From positions 1 through 64,000 of the IMG/VR virus record IMGVR_UViG_3300010151_000007: DNA of 64,000 nucleotides; one strand, 5' to 3'. The position numbers and the translations under genes were made by a program. Positions 25,219-35,180 of this stretch are shown in pieces (position 1 is the first letter of the stretch; each line of letters starts with the position of its first letter). The notes under the pieces were generated by a model, which made no database searches, was not told where the DNA came from, and saw nothing but the letters and a program-made list of their open reading frames with translations. The stretch is from a virus.

Positions 25219-26580
25219 ATGGCAGCTAAGAAAACGTATGTGATAGACACGAGTGTTTGTTTGACAGACTATTCCTGTATTGAGAGTTTTGGGAATAATG
25301 ATATAGTTCTCCCACTCAAAGTGCTTGAAGAGATTGACAAACACAAGAAGAGGCAGGATGGTGTGGGTCTTAATGCCCGCTCAATCATTCGGAAGCTTGA
25401 CGAATTGAGGATGAAGGGCAACCTTCAGAAAGGCGTGCGTATCGGTAAAGGCAAAGGGCTTCTAAGAGTCGTAAATAGCGATTTAGAACAATTGCCCGAT
25501 TCTCTTGATAAAAGCATCCCAGATAACAACATCCTTTCTACTGCTTTGTTTGTCAAAAAAGAGAATATAAAAAGAAAGACAATCTTAGTTTCACGAGATA
25601 TCAACATGAGGGTTATCTGTGACTCACTAGGTATGGAATCTGAAGATTTTAGACAGAACCAAGTCATCAAAGAACAGACAGATTTGTTTTCCGGGTTTAA
25701 ACACTTAGTGTGTGATGAGCAGGTTGTTGACGCAATTTATAACAAGGAGACTGTATTCTTAAATGCAGAAGAATACCCTGGCTTGTGTTCGAATCAATTT
25801 CTGATGATGGTTTCTTCAGGGAATGAAAAGAAGACTGCTTTGGTTCGATTTAAAGGGTATGATAAGTCTCTGCGTCACCTAAGGGACCAGAAGAGAGAGA
25901 TTTGGGGAATCACTCCAAGAAACAAAGAACAGATGTTTGCTTTGGATTTGCTAATGGATCCGGATATCAAATTGGTCTCTTTGGTAGGTCGAGCAGGTTC
26001 AGGTAAGACTTTGGTTGCTGTGGCAGCCGCAATGGAACAGACTATTAATGGAAATATGTCTGTTCATGATGTTGCGAAAGGGAAGCATAAGAGCGATTGT
26101 CTGTATAAGAAAATTGTTGTTTCTCGACCAGTTATGCCAGTTGGTAAGGACATTGGCTTCTTGCCAGGAGATATTCGAGAAAAGATGGCTCCTTGGATTG
26201 CACCAATTTATGATAACTTGAAGTTTCTGACAGATGATAATCAAAAGCTATTGGAAACCTATTTGGACAATTCTTTAATTGAAATTGAAGCTGTTACATA
26301 TATTCGCGGACGTTCAATTGCAAATGCTTTTATTATTGTAGATGAAGCCCAGAATTTAACACAACACGAGATCAAAACAATCTTGACGCGAGTGGGCGAA
26401 GGCACTAAAATCATCTTGACTGGCGATATCGAACAAATCGATAACATCTATATCGATAGCACAAGCTCTGGTTTGGTATACGCTATTGAAAGACTGAAAG
26501 ACTATGATTTTGTTGGTCACATAACTCTTACAAAGGGTGAGCGCTCGACGGTTGCAACCGTTGCATCGAAGGTTCTGTGA
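25219..26580 (+). CDS. phoH: PIN-domain PhoH-like ATPase (PhoH2 type)
   Basis: N-terminal PIN (VIDTS, EEID, DN.IL, SRDIN.R); Walker A GRAGSGKT, GFLPG, IRGRS, VDEAQN and GD.EQID. Confidence 0.92.
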   Translation: MAAKKTYVIDTSVCLTDYSCIESFGNNDIVLPLKVLEEIDKHKKRQDGVGLNARSIIRKLDELRMKGNLQKGVRIGKGKGLLRVVNSDLEQLPDSLDKSIPDNNILSTALFVKKENIKRKTILVSRDINMRVICDSLGMESEDFRQNQVIKEQTDLFSGFKHLVCDEQVVDAIYNKETVFLNAEEYPGLCSNQFLMMVSSGNEKKTALVRFKGYDKSLRHLRDQKREIWGITPRNKEQMFALDLLMDPDIKLVSLVGRAGSGKTLVAVAAAMEQTINGNMSVHDVAKGKHKSDCLYKKIVVSRPVMPVGKDIGFLPGDIREKMAPWIAPIYDNLKFLTDDNQKLLETYLDNSLIEIEAVTYIRGRSIANAFIIVDEAQNLTQHEIKTILTRVGEGTKIILTGDIEQIDNIYIDSTSSGLVYAIERLKDYDFVGHITLTKGERSTVATVASKVL

Positions 26581-27074
26581 TGGTTGGTGATTTATTGCAT
26601 ATATTCAACATTCCCATTTATCAATTATCGGCAGATTCGGATTTGAGCTATTCTCCCGGTAAGTGCGCTGTATTCTTTGAAGAGGTAATGGAGTTCAATA
26701 TAATAAAGAATATTGATGCAATAATTATTAGTTCCAACACCACAGAAATGTTCCACCCAGACTTAGGTATCTTTTCCCAGTATCAGGATGATGCCTTTTA
26801 TTTTTCTGACAAGATATTAGACGACGATCACTTCATCGAACTCTTAATATATCAAACAGCTATTTATCTTAGAGGGAAGTATGAATTACTTCTTGATGAA
26901 CAAACATATATTTTAGAACGTGAACAGAAATTTTCTGATGGTATTAAGACAGAATATTTTGTTCTGGGGTTTGAAGAATATTTTATTGGTGACCGCGCCA
27001 AATTGAAAGAAAACAACCCTATTTTACACTTAAAAATTGAGGAGATATTGAAAATTGAAATTGAAAATTATTGA
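26577..27074 (+). CDS. Hypothetical protein (possibly degenerate zincin-like)
   Basis: 165 aa. Has EYFVLGFEEYF but no HExxH. Confidence 0.6.
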   Translation: MMVGDLLHIFNIPIYQLSADSDLSYSPGKCAVFFEEVMEFNIIKNIDAIIISSNTTEMFHPDLGIFSQYQDDAFYFSDKILDDDHFIELLIYQTAIYLRGKYELLLDEQTYILEREQKFSDGIKTEYFVLGFEEYFIGDRAKLKENNPILHLKIEEILKIEIENY

Positions 27075-27351
27075 AGAAGAGGGTAAAATTATTGTTTTGG
27101 TATCTTTAACTCATCGTACAGTTTATCGTAAGAGGAACGAAGGTCTTAAATGGGAAAAGTACAACACATCGGATATCCTGGCCATACTAAAAGAAAAGGG
27201 CGTCCGCGTCAATCGAGTATTAATCGAAGATAGTGTTGATAATAACGATGTTGATAAGCTCCAAGGTCGCTGGGAGTTCAAAAAACCAGTTGACAAAAAA
27301 GCTAGACCGGTTAAGTTAAGAAGAGAGAAACAGACAACAAGAGAGGGTTAG
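27055..27351 (+). CDS. Hypothetical basic protein
   Basis: 98-aa ORF with TTG start and GAGGAG RBS. Confidence 0.65.
   Translation: MKLKIIEEEGKIIVLVSLTHRTVYRKRNEGLKWEKYNTSDILAILKEKGVRVNRVLIEDSVDNNDVDKLQGRWEFKKPVDKKARPVKLRREKQTTREG
27290..27317 (+). promoter_or_regulatory. Sigma70-like promoter TTGACA-N16-TAAGTT with CGGT before the -10
   Basis: Read directly, upstream of the nuclease gene. Confidence 0.65.
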
Positions 27352-28127
27352 TGGCTCACATATCTTTTTCTGAACTGAAAATATGGAAGCAATGCACACA
27401 TCGTCACAAAAAAGAATATACCGAGAAGATAAGGAGTTTTCACGGTAATATACATACCGCATTCGGAAAAGCAATGCACAGCGTATGTGAGGATAAATTA
27501 TACAACACGTTACCTGAACAAATTGATTATCTCAAAGAGCGCCTTAAAGAAGAGGTGAGAGTTCTCACTGAAGATAAAAAGGTTGTAATCGAAAACGATG
27601 TTGGGGAATTTGAAAGCCAAGGTATCGACATGATACCTGAAATCCTTCCGGCTTTGGAAGACTATTTTGATGAATACGAAATCTTAGAAACCGAAGCACG
27701 TCTTATGGAGCCTTTGGACTTAGAAGGGATAGATCCCGACTTCAAGTTCAAAGGTTTTATCGATCTTATTGTCCATTCAGGTGGTAAGGTCCACATTATT
27801 GATTGGAAAACTTGTGGTTGGGGTTGGGATGCAAGAAAACGTTCTGACCCCATGAACACTTATCAGTTAACCTTTTACAAACATTATTATGCACAAAAGT
27901 ATGATTTGGATCCATCCGACGTTGAGACGCATTTCGCTCTTTTGAAGAGGACAGCAAAGAAAGGGAAGAAGGTAGAATTCTTCCGTGTTACTAGCGGAAA
28001 AAGAAAAACCACAAATGCCCTTGACTTATTAAGAAAAGCTGTTATTAATATATTGAGAGGAAAGTCTATCAAAGATCGACGTTCTTGCAAATATTGCCCT
28101 CTCCACAAAACTGAACATTGTAGGTAA
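27351..28127 (+). CDS. PD-(D/E)XK nuclease, Cas4/RecB-like with Fe-S cysteines
   Basis: HISFSE...C, G.AMH, FKGFIDL, IIDWKT, QL.FY and terminal CKYC...C. Confidence 0.85.
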   Translation: MAHISFSELKIWKQCTHRHKKEYTEKIRSFHGNIHTAFGKAMHSVCEDKLYNTLPEQIDYLKERLKEEVRVLTEDKKVVIENDVGEFESQGIDMIPEILPALEDYFDEYEILETEARLMEPLDLEGIDPDFKFKGFIDLIVHSGGKVHIIDWKTCGWGWDARKRSDPMNTYQLTFYKHYYAQKYDLDPSDVETHFALLKRTAKKGKKVEFFRVTSGKRKTTNALDLLRKAVINILRGKSIKDRRSCKYCPLHKTEHCR

Positions 28128-28134
28128 GACGTAA

Positions 28135-29388
28135 ATGGAAAAAAAGAAGATATTGGTTTTAGCCGATCATCCCCTGGCACCCTCTGGTGTTGGCACACAG
28201 ACGAGATATATGATCGAAGCTTTGTTAGCCACTGATAGATACAAGTTTATTTGTTTTGGTGGTGCAGTCAAGCATCAGAACAACAATCCACAGAAAGTAG
28301 AAGGGTACGGTGACGATTGGATCATTTACCCTGTTGAGGGGTACGGTACTCAAGAGATGGTCCGTTCAGTTATGTGGACTGAAAGACCTGATGTGTTGTG
28401 GTTTATGACTGATCCCAGATTTTACGATTGGTTATGGGACATGGAAAACGAAATACGTCCAAATATGCCAATGGTTTATTACCATGTATGGGACAACTAC
28501 CCCTTACCCGTTTATAATAAACCTTCTTATGAATCAACGGATGTTATTGCCTGTATTTCTAAATTGACACACGAGATTGTCAAAAAGACTGCGCCAGATG
28601 TGGAGTCTTGTTATCTCCCTCATGCTGTTGACACAGGTATCTTCAGACCTTTAGAGAGGAGCGAAATAGCAGAATTTAAAAAGCAACAATTTGGTGAAGA
28701 TGATGCACGCTTCACTTTCTTCTGGAATAATCGAAACGCTCGTCGTAAGATGAGTGGTTCTCTTCTGTGGTGGTTCAACGAATTCGCTGAAGAGGTCGGC
28801 CCGGAAAACGTGCGATTAATTATGCACACCGATCCAAAAGACCCACATGGTCAGGATTTGGAAGCGATGATTTATTCCCTTGGCGCTGCTGACGGGCGCA
28901 TTATGTTGAGTAAACAGAAGGTACCCCCTGAAGTTCTGGCGATGATGTATAATGCTTGTGACGTGACTTTGAATATTTCAGACGCCGAAGGTTTTGGTTT
29001 GTCGACTTTGGAATCGTTGTCTTGTGCGACACCCATCGTTGTGAACCTTACAGGGGGTCTACAGGAGCAGGTGACGAACGGCGAAGACTGGTTCGGGATT
29101 GGTCTCAACCCGGCTTCTAAGGCTGTCATAGGCTCCCAGATGGTGCCTTACATCTATGAGGATCGAGTGTCCAAAGAGGATTTTATCGCAGCCCTTAAAA
29201 CTCTGTATAATATGCCTCGCGAAGAATTGGAACAGCTTGGGAGACACGGACACGGACATGTATTAAAGAATTACAATTTTGACCAGTTTTGTTCGCGCTG
29301 GGTCGATCTAATTGATAAGGTTGTGGAACAACACGGCTCTTGGGAAGAACGCAAGGGTTATAAATCATGGAGTTTGAGAGAAATATGA
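28135..29388 (+). CDS. GT-B (GT4-like) glycosyltransferase
   Basis: SGVGTQ, PHAVD, NNRN.RRK and EGFGL..LE. Confidence 0.88.
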   Translation: MEKKKILVLADHPLAPSGVGTQTRYMIEALLATDRYKFICFGGAVKHQNNNPQKVEGYGDDWIIYPVEGYGTQEMVRSVMWTERPDVLWFMTDPRFYDWLWDMENEIRPNMPMVYYHVWDNYPLPVYNKPSYESTDVIACISKLTHEIVKKTAPDVESCYLPHAVDTGIFRPLERSEIAEFKKQQFGEDDARFTFFWNNRNARRKMSGSLLWWFNEFAEEVGPENVRLIMHTDPKDPHGQDLEAMIYSLGAADGRIMLSKQKVPPEVLAMMYNACDVTLNISDAEGFGLSTLESLSCATPIVVNLTGGLQEQVTNGEDWFGIGLNPASKAVIGSQMVPYIYEDRVSKEDFIAALKTLYNMPREELEQLGRHGHGHVLKNYNFDQFCSRWVDLIDKVVEQHGSWEERKGYKSWSLREI

Positions 29389-30593
29389 GCTTAGTAAAAA
29401 GAAAGAAAGTTGTTGTAAAAGGTCCCGCTTTAACTCAATCTGGTTATGGCCATCATACTAGATTTGTTTTGTCCGCTCTCAAAGAACATCAGGACGAATT
29501 TGATGTGTTCTGTGTTCCGACTCAATGGGGTCAGACTGGCTGGATCCATGAGAATGGGGAGTTTCGTAAGTGGTTAGATAATGTCATCCTCAAAACAAAC
29601 CTGTATCTCCAGAATCGAGGTGAGTTTGATGTTTCTTTGCAAGTGACAATCCCTAATGAATGGCAGAAGATGGCCCCGATCAATGTTGGCGTGACTGCTG
29701 GTATTGAAACCACTAAAGTAGCTCCCGTCTGGCTTGAGAAAGGGAATTTGATGGATCATATCATTACCGTTTCAGAGCATTCTAAACAAGTTTACGAAAT
29801 GACGAAATATCAAGCCCAGCACTCCGTAACAAAGCAGCCGGTTGAATTGGAATTATTCACCGATATCGATGTTGTACACTACCCTCATCGTCTTGGAACC
29901 GAGACTATAGACTTGGAATTGGATTTTGATTTCAATTATCTGATGGTAGCTCAATGGGGTCCAAGAAAAAATATGGAACGCGCCCTCCGCTGGTGGTTGG
30001 AAGAAAACTTTGATAACGAAGTTGGGTTGGTCTTAAAAACTTCAGTTCGTAAGAATTGCACGATGGATAGGCACCAACTGGAGTTGCAACTCCAGAATTT
30101 TTTGCACAATTTTGAAGATCGGAAATGTAAGGTTTATCTTCTTCATGGAGATATGTCAAATAGTGAAATGGATGCAATTTATCGCCACCCAAAGATTAAA
30201 GCTATGTTGTCGGCGACACATGGTGAGGGTTTTGGGCTACCTTTGTTTGAGGCGGCTTATAATGGGTTGCCGGTCGTAGCGCCGGGTTGGTCTGGGCACT
30301 GTGATTTTCTTTACAGCAAAAACGAAAAAGGAAAAGTAAAGCCTTTGTTTTTGGAAGTTGATTATGAATTGGGGCAAATTCCAAAAGACGCTCATTGGGA
30401 AGGGGTGCTACAAGCTGACAGCATGTGGTCTTATGCGCAGGAGGGTTCTTTTAAAATGAAGGTTCGCCAAGTTCGAACATCTAATAAGAAATGGCAGAAA
30501 AAAGCCGAAATATTGCAGAAATATTTACTGGAAAGTTTTACACCAGAGATTCAAAATGCGAAAATGATTGAGTCGATAAAGAGTGTTTTGTGA
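29385..30593 (+). CDS. GT-B (GT4-like) glycosyltransferase
   Basis: SGYG.H, ETT, RKN and HGEGFGLPLFEA; ATGA-coupled start. Confidence 0.88.
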   Translation: MSLVKRKKVVVKGPALTQSGYGHHTRFVLSALKEHQDEFDVFCVPTQWGQTGWIHENGEFRKWLDNVILKTNLYLQNRGEFDVSLQVTIPNEWQKMAPINVGVTAGIETTKVAPVWLEKGNLMDHIITVSEHSKQVYEMTKYQAQHSVTKQPVELELFTDIDVVHYPHRLGTETIDLELDFDFNYLMVAQWGPRKNMERALRWWLEENFDNEVGLVLKTSVRKNCTMDRHQLELQLQNFLHNFEDRKCKVYLLHGDMSNSEMDAIYRHPKIKAMLSATHGEGFGLPLFEAAYNGLPVVAPGWSGHCDFLYSKNEKGKVKPLFLEVDYELGQIPKDAHWEGVLQADSMWSYAQEGSFKMKVRQVRTSNKKWQKKAEILQKYLLESFTPEIQNAKMIESIKSVL

Positions 30594-31351
30594 TACGGAA
30601 AACGAAGATTCTGAAAAAGAAGATTCAAACTTGCCTTGAATACGAAGATAAAATCCCATTCATAAAGGGTGCGTATCATGGCAAAACGTGTTACATTATA
30701 TCATGTGGCCCTTCATTAAAAGACATAGAACGGGACATTCTTCGTGAAAAACTTAAAGATGAATTCGTGGTTTGCATTAAACAGAGTTATGATCTCTATG
30801 GAGATATCTGTGATTTACACGTTTATAATTGTGCTAATTTTAAAGAATACGACTATTCTGTTAATCCAAGCTCTCTTATTATGGAATCCACATCACACCG
30901 ATATTTCTTGAATCCTAATTGTGACATCAAGACGTTCGTTGTGGGTCCTCGCGGTTTTGATCAAACAGTATCCGCTTTGGGTAATTTTGATGAATGGACT
31001 TTTGGTAAAACAAATATTAAAAGGCCGTATGGTCCGGGAATTATGTATGAGAATGTTTTTTTCATGATGGAGTTTCTGGGGGTCAAAAAGGTGGTAACGA
31101 TTGGTTGGGATTGTAATAGGAACACCGCTTCTGGCGTTCATTTTTATGATAATCGTAAAGTTAACGTTACACTCAATGATGCAGAGGTTAATGCAACGAT
31201 GGCATCTTTGCAAGCGGAAGATAAAGTTGCGGCCAATGCAATTGGTAAATGGAATGATTGGTTGGCCTCTAAAGAAATTGAGTTGAATGTTCTTTCGAAG
31301 CTCAACCCAGGCCCAGAGAGAATGAAGAGAATTACACTGGAGGAACTTTGA
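30590..31351 (+). CDS. Maf/DUF115/GT42-like putative nonulosonate transferase
   Basis: GKTCYIISCGPSL ... FLGVKKVVTIGWD ... HFYD. Confidence 0.65.
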   Translation: MIRKTKILKKKIQTCLEYEDKIPFIKGAYHGKTCYIISCGPSLKDIERDILREKLKDEFVVCIKQSYDLYGDICDLHVYNCANFKEYDYSVNPSSLIMESTSHRYFLNPNCDIKTFVVGPRGFDQTVSALGNFDEWTFGKTNIKRPYGPGIMYENVFFMMEFLGVKKVVTIGWDCNRNTASGVHFYDNRKVNVTLNDAEVNATMASLQAEDKVAANAIGKWNDWLASKEIELNVLSKLNPGPERMKRITLEEL

Positions 31352-32331
31352 AGAAAACGATTATGATTACCGGGGGAACCGGTTCTCTTGGAAAGGCTCT
31401 TATAAAGAAAATAAAGAAAGAACACCCTGATTGGAAGATCGTGGTATTTAGCCGCGACGAGGGAAAGCAGGCGCTCTCCTTTGGTAACGACCCAAGTATT
31501 GTCCGTATAATTGGCGATATCCGCGATCTAACCAAAGTCGACGTTAGCATGAGGTTACATAAACCAAATTATGTTATCCATGCTGCCGCTCTAAAACGAG
31601 TGGACGATATGGAATTCCATCCAGACGAGTGTGTAAAAACCAATGTCATAGGATCCCAAAACGTCGCCACTGCCGCATTAGCGAATAATGTTGAAAAGTG
31701 CATGCTGGTGTCTACCGATAAGGCATGCCAGCCAGTGAATGTGTACGGTTCTAGCAAGTTTATCGCTGAACGTGTATTTTCAAACTTTGATTATAACTCC
31801 GATTCTACCATCTTTGCTTCTGTACGATATGGAAACGTCATTGCGAGCCGAGGCTCCTTCATTCCAAACTGGATTGAAAAAATCAAGAATGGTGAAGAGA
31901 TCACAATTACAGACCCCGAGTGTACTCGGTTCTTGTTTACACTTGAAAACGCTGTTGACACTGTAATGACTTCAATGTTTTCTGCCATTGGTGGCGAAGT
32001 ATTTGTCCCCGGCTTAGATTCCTATACTATTCCGGATGTTATATGCGCCCTTGAACTAATCACTGGAGTGTGTAATGTGGAAACTCGTATTATTGGATTA
32101 AGACCGGGCGAGAAGCTTCACGAGGACATGATGTCCGAAACCGAAATGGACCGCGTGGTATCCGTTCAGCCAACAGAGAATTATCCTCTTTACGCGATTC
32201 TCCCTCAATTCACCAGAAAAGAAGGATATTCAACGGAGAAGTATGAAGGCGATCGGCTAAATTCAGGATTTTGTCTAGACAGCACACTGGAAAATCTTGT
32301 AGATAAGATTCGTGCTGGCGTTGTGCAATGA
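31348..32331 (+). CDS. pseB: UDP-GlcNAc 4,6-dehydratase (PseB/FlaA1-like)
   Basis: TGGTGSLG, FSRDE.KQ, HAAALK, STDKA..P.N.YG.SK, VRYGNV..SRGS and RPGEKLHE. Confidence 0.85.
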   Translation: MKKTIMITGGTGSLGKALIKKIKKEHPDWKIVVFSRDEGKQALSFGNDPSIVRIIGDIRDLTKVDVSMRLHKPNYVIHAAALKRVDDMEFHPDECVKTNVIGSQNVATAALANNVEKCMLVSTDKACQPVNVYGSSKFIAERVFSNFDYNSDSTIFASVRYGNVIASRGSFIPNWIEKIKNGEEITITDPECTRFLFTLENAVDTVMTSMFSAIGGEVFVPGLDSYTIPDVICALELITGVCNVETRIIGLRPGEKLHEDMMSETEMDRVVSVQPTENYPLYAILPQFTRKEGYSTEKYEGDRLNSGFCLDSTLENLVDKIRAGVVQ

Positions 32332-33410
32332 TCAAGTGCTTTGAGCCCACCATTGGGGAAGAAGAATCTCAATTCGTTTTAGGTCAATTGAAATTAAAAG
32401 AAATTGGTTTTGGTGATCAGGTTGCACGTTTTGAGAACCGATTTAGAGGCATGTCTGGATATGTTTACAACACTGGATTTAATTCGGCAAGCTCGGCAGC
32501 ATACGCTTTGTTTTCGTGGCTGAAAGAGTTGTATGGCTCGTGTGAGGTGTATACACCTTCACTGACATTCTGTTCTCCAATTTGGGCAGCCCTTGAAAAC
32601 GGACATGAAATTGTCTTTGTCGACATTGATAAAAATGGCTTATTCTCAATTGATGATTACAAGAAGAAGAAAAAGCAGGACTCTTCAAAGCGTAAAGTTG
32701 TTATGCCAATGATGTATGGCGGCGTGACGACTTTTGATTTTAGCAGATTCGACGGAAACGAGGTCACAATTTCAGATTCAGCACACGCTATTCATGCACC
32801 GAGCGAAGCTGGCAACCCCTCTGCGACACCTGAATTTACGATATTCTCTTTCCACCCAGTTAAGCCCATTTGTATGAGCAACGGTGGTATGTTATCGACC
32901 AGAAATAGGTCTGCTCATAAATATTTCAACCGGTATCGTAATTTTGGTAGAGTTAATACCGGTGTCTCGTATGATATTGTGCAGAATGGGTTTAACTTTT
33001 ACATGAATTCGCTGAACGCTGTCATTGGATTGGCGCAATTGAACAAAGTGTACGAAATGAGGAACCAGAGAGCACAGAATTTCAAATACTTAAAAAAGAG
33101 ACTGGAAGCTTTGAATATCTCGGGCTTTTATATGTTTGAGCACGATCTGCTTTCGTCTTTTTACCTCTGCACGTTTACTAGCGATTTTTTCTCCGGTGAT
33201 GTGATAAGGTTTCTTGAACAGCGAGGAATCCAGGCGACATATCATTATCCACCACTTCATAGAACAACACAGTTTAAAACGGAATGCGTCTTACCGAATA
33301 CAGAGGAGGTCTCTCAACATTTGGTGAATCTCCCGATTCATCAGAACTTGACCGATGAGAACTTAGACAAAATTGTATTAGCAATCGCAGACATGAAGAA
33401 GAAACTATAA
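32328..33410 (+). CDS. DegT/PseC-like PLP-dependent sugar aminotransferase
   Basis: DSAHA, FSFHPVK....NGG, GFN and LPIH. Confidence 0.85.
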   Translation: MIKCFEPTIGEEESQFVLGQLKLKEIGFGDQVARFENRFRGMSGYVYNTGFNSASSAAYALFSWLKELYGSCEVYTPSLTFCSPIWAALENGHEIVFVDIDKNGLFSIDDYKKKKKQDSSKRKVVMPMMYGGVTTFDFSRFDGNEVTISDSAHAIHAPSEAGNPSATPEFTIFSFHPVKPICMSNGGMLSTRNRSAHKYFNRYRNFGRVNTGVSYDIVQNGFNFYMNSLNAVIGLAQLNKVYEMRNQRAQNFKYLKKRLEALNISGFYMFEHDLLSSFYLCTFTSDFFSGDVIRFLEQRGIQATYHYPPLHRTTQFKTECVLPNTEEVSQHLVNLPIHQNLTDENLDKIVLAIADMKKKL

Positions 33411-34171
33411 TGGATATTGTTGTTTTAGGTACCGGTCATTCGGTTGCACACAACACCCAGAGTATAAAAGGGACAGATAAAAAGATCCTTGCATTCCATG
33501 AAGCTTTTCCTTATTGTCATTCGATGTACGACATAATTCCAGATTATTGGACATGGTTAGATCCCAATGCGGCAGTTAAGGGCATGAAATACTTACTAGC
33601 TTCAAAGGACGAGAGGTTGAAGAAAATGAAGATCCTCGTCCCTTCATTCGTAACAGATTCTTTTGCACATTTCAGGATGTATATGGGTACCACGCCTTTA
33701 GGGAGGCAACCGGGCGGCTGGGATGAATATCTTAATCTCCTCTATGCAATGGAAAATATTCAATCCATTGAAGCCACAACGATGAAATATAAAAAACTTG
33801 TCGGTCAAAAGCCCGGCTTAATGTTTGGTACATTTGAATTCGACTCTGAATCGGTTGTGGGAACACGATTCAAATGGGGTTTAGAAAACAAGCTTACAAG
33901 TGCTGTGTTACCCGTGTGCGCTTGGTTTTTGAATACCAAGAATATATACATCCTTGGATTTGATTTTATAGGACCAAGGTTCTTTTCGGAGGATGACCGC
34001 CACCCTTGGTCAGACTCCACTCAAAAGAAAATAGAGGCTCAAATACCATTAGAAGCTGTGCGAATTTGGATAAAATTGGTTGAACAGTCTGGGGTAAAGC
34101 TTTTCGTATCTTCTAAACCCGAACAAGTCGAATCCTTCCTACACGATGAATTAGAGTATGGTGAAATATGA
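33410..34171 (+). CDS. Maf/DUF115/GT42-like putative transferase
   Basis: IVVLGTGHS, IIPDYWTWLD and KNIYILGFD. Confidence 0.6.
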   Translation: MDIVVLGTGHSVAHNTQSIKGTDKKILAFHEAFPYCHSMYDIIPDYWTWLDPNAAVKGMKYLLASKDERLKKMKILVPSFVTDSFAHFRMYMGTTPLGRQPGGWDEYLNLLYAMENIQSIEATTMKYKKLVGQKPGLMFGTFEFDSESVVGTRFKWGLENKLTSAVLPVCAWFLNTKNIYILGFDFIGPRFFSEDDRHPWSDSTQKKIEAQIPLEAVRIWIKLVEQSGVKLFVSSKPEQVESFLHDELEYGEI

Positions 34172-35178
34172 AAAAGACCTTTATCATTGCGGAAGCTGGC
34201 GCGAACCACAACAAAGACTTGGCAATTGCTAAGCAATTGGTTAGGGTCGCAAGAGATGCCGGCTGTGATGCAGTAAAATTCCAGACATATTCTTCAGAGA
34301 CCTTGTATTCCAAGAATACACCTGATTTCGCAGGCTACCAGAATATCAACGATTTAATCAAATCAATTGAACTTCCGCGTGAGTGGCAGAAAATCCTCAA
34401 AGACTACTGCGATGGGTGTGGTATTGAATTTATGTCAACACCTTTTGACGAAGCTGCGGTTGATCAGTTGGTTGAACTTGGCGTTAAACGTTTCAAGATT
34501 GCAGGGTTTGAATCAACTGATCCGCGCTTTGTAAAATATGTAGCATCAAAGAACTTGCCTATTGTGTTTTCTTGTGGTATTGGTTCAAATTGCAGGAAAG
34601 CAGAAGAGACTTTCGAGTGGATTCGTTCTGTTGGGAATGATAAAGAAATTTGGATTTTACATTGCAATAATGCATATCCAACTCCAATATCCGATATTAA
34701 TCTAATCAACATTGCAGAGTTGGAGGATCTTTTTGATATGAGAAGGGTCAAGATTGGTCTGTCCGACCACACTATGAATCCATATATTCCTGCCATGGCA
34801 ATTATGAAAGGGGCGCAAGTAATAGAGAAACATTTTACTCTTTCGCGCTCTCTAAAGGGCCCTGATCATCCTTTTGCACTGGAACCAAGAGAATTGTACG
34901 AAATGGTTAAACAGATTAGGGTTGCGGAAAAAGCCATTGGTTGTCATAAAACTTCTCTCTACACTCAAAGTGAGGAAGAGTTCAAACAGGCAAGACGTTC
35001 AGTGGTTGCCAGGAAGGCTATTCCTGCTGGCACCATACTAACGGAAGCGTTGCTTACTACAAAAAGGCCGTTCATAAGTAACGCTATCTCTGCTGAACTT
35101 TATTATAAGATGATTGGTAAAACACTCTTGACAGACCTACAAGAAGACGATATATTAAAGGTAGAAAACATAAGGTAA
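34168..35178 (+). CDS. neuB: Nonulosonic acid synthase (NeuB/PseI family) with C-terminal SAF domain
   Basis: IIAEAGANHN, DAVKFQ, STPFD, LHC..AYP, GLSDHT, IEKHFT, GPDH and RRSVVA. Confidence 0.92.
   Translation: MKKTFIIAEAGANHNKDLAIAKQLVRVARDAGCDAVKFQTYSSETLYSKNTPDFAGYQNINDLIKSIELPREWQKILKDYCDGCGIEFMSTPFDEAAVDQLVELGVKRFKIAGFESTDPRFVKYVASKNLPIVFSCGIGSNCRKAEETFEWIRSVGNDKEIWILHCNNAYPTPISDINLINIAELEDLFDMRRVKIGLSDHTMNPYIPAMAIMKGAQVIEKHFTLSRSLKGPDHPFALEPRELYEMVKQIRVAEKAIGCHKTSLYTQSEEEFKQARRSVVARKAIPAGTILTEALLTTKRPFISNAISAELYYKMIGKTLLTDLQEDDILKVENIR
35128..35156 (+). promoter_or_regulatory. Sigma70-like promoter TTGACA-N17-TATATT
   Basis: Lies within the 3' end of neuB, upstream of 35181. Confidence 0.55.
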
Positions 35179-35180
35179 GA

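Noticed and set aside
26577-27074. Active metallopeptidase
   Set aside because: No HExxH; YQTAI stands where it might be expected. The resemblance is too weak to call.
27351-28127. Cas4-like gene as part of a CRISPR-Cas system
   Set aside because: No other cas genes or array are present, and stand-alone Cas4/RecB-like nucleases are common in phages.
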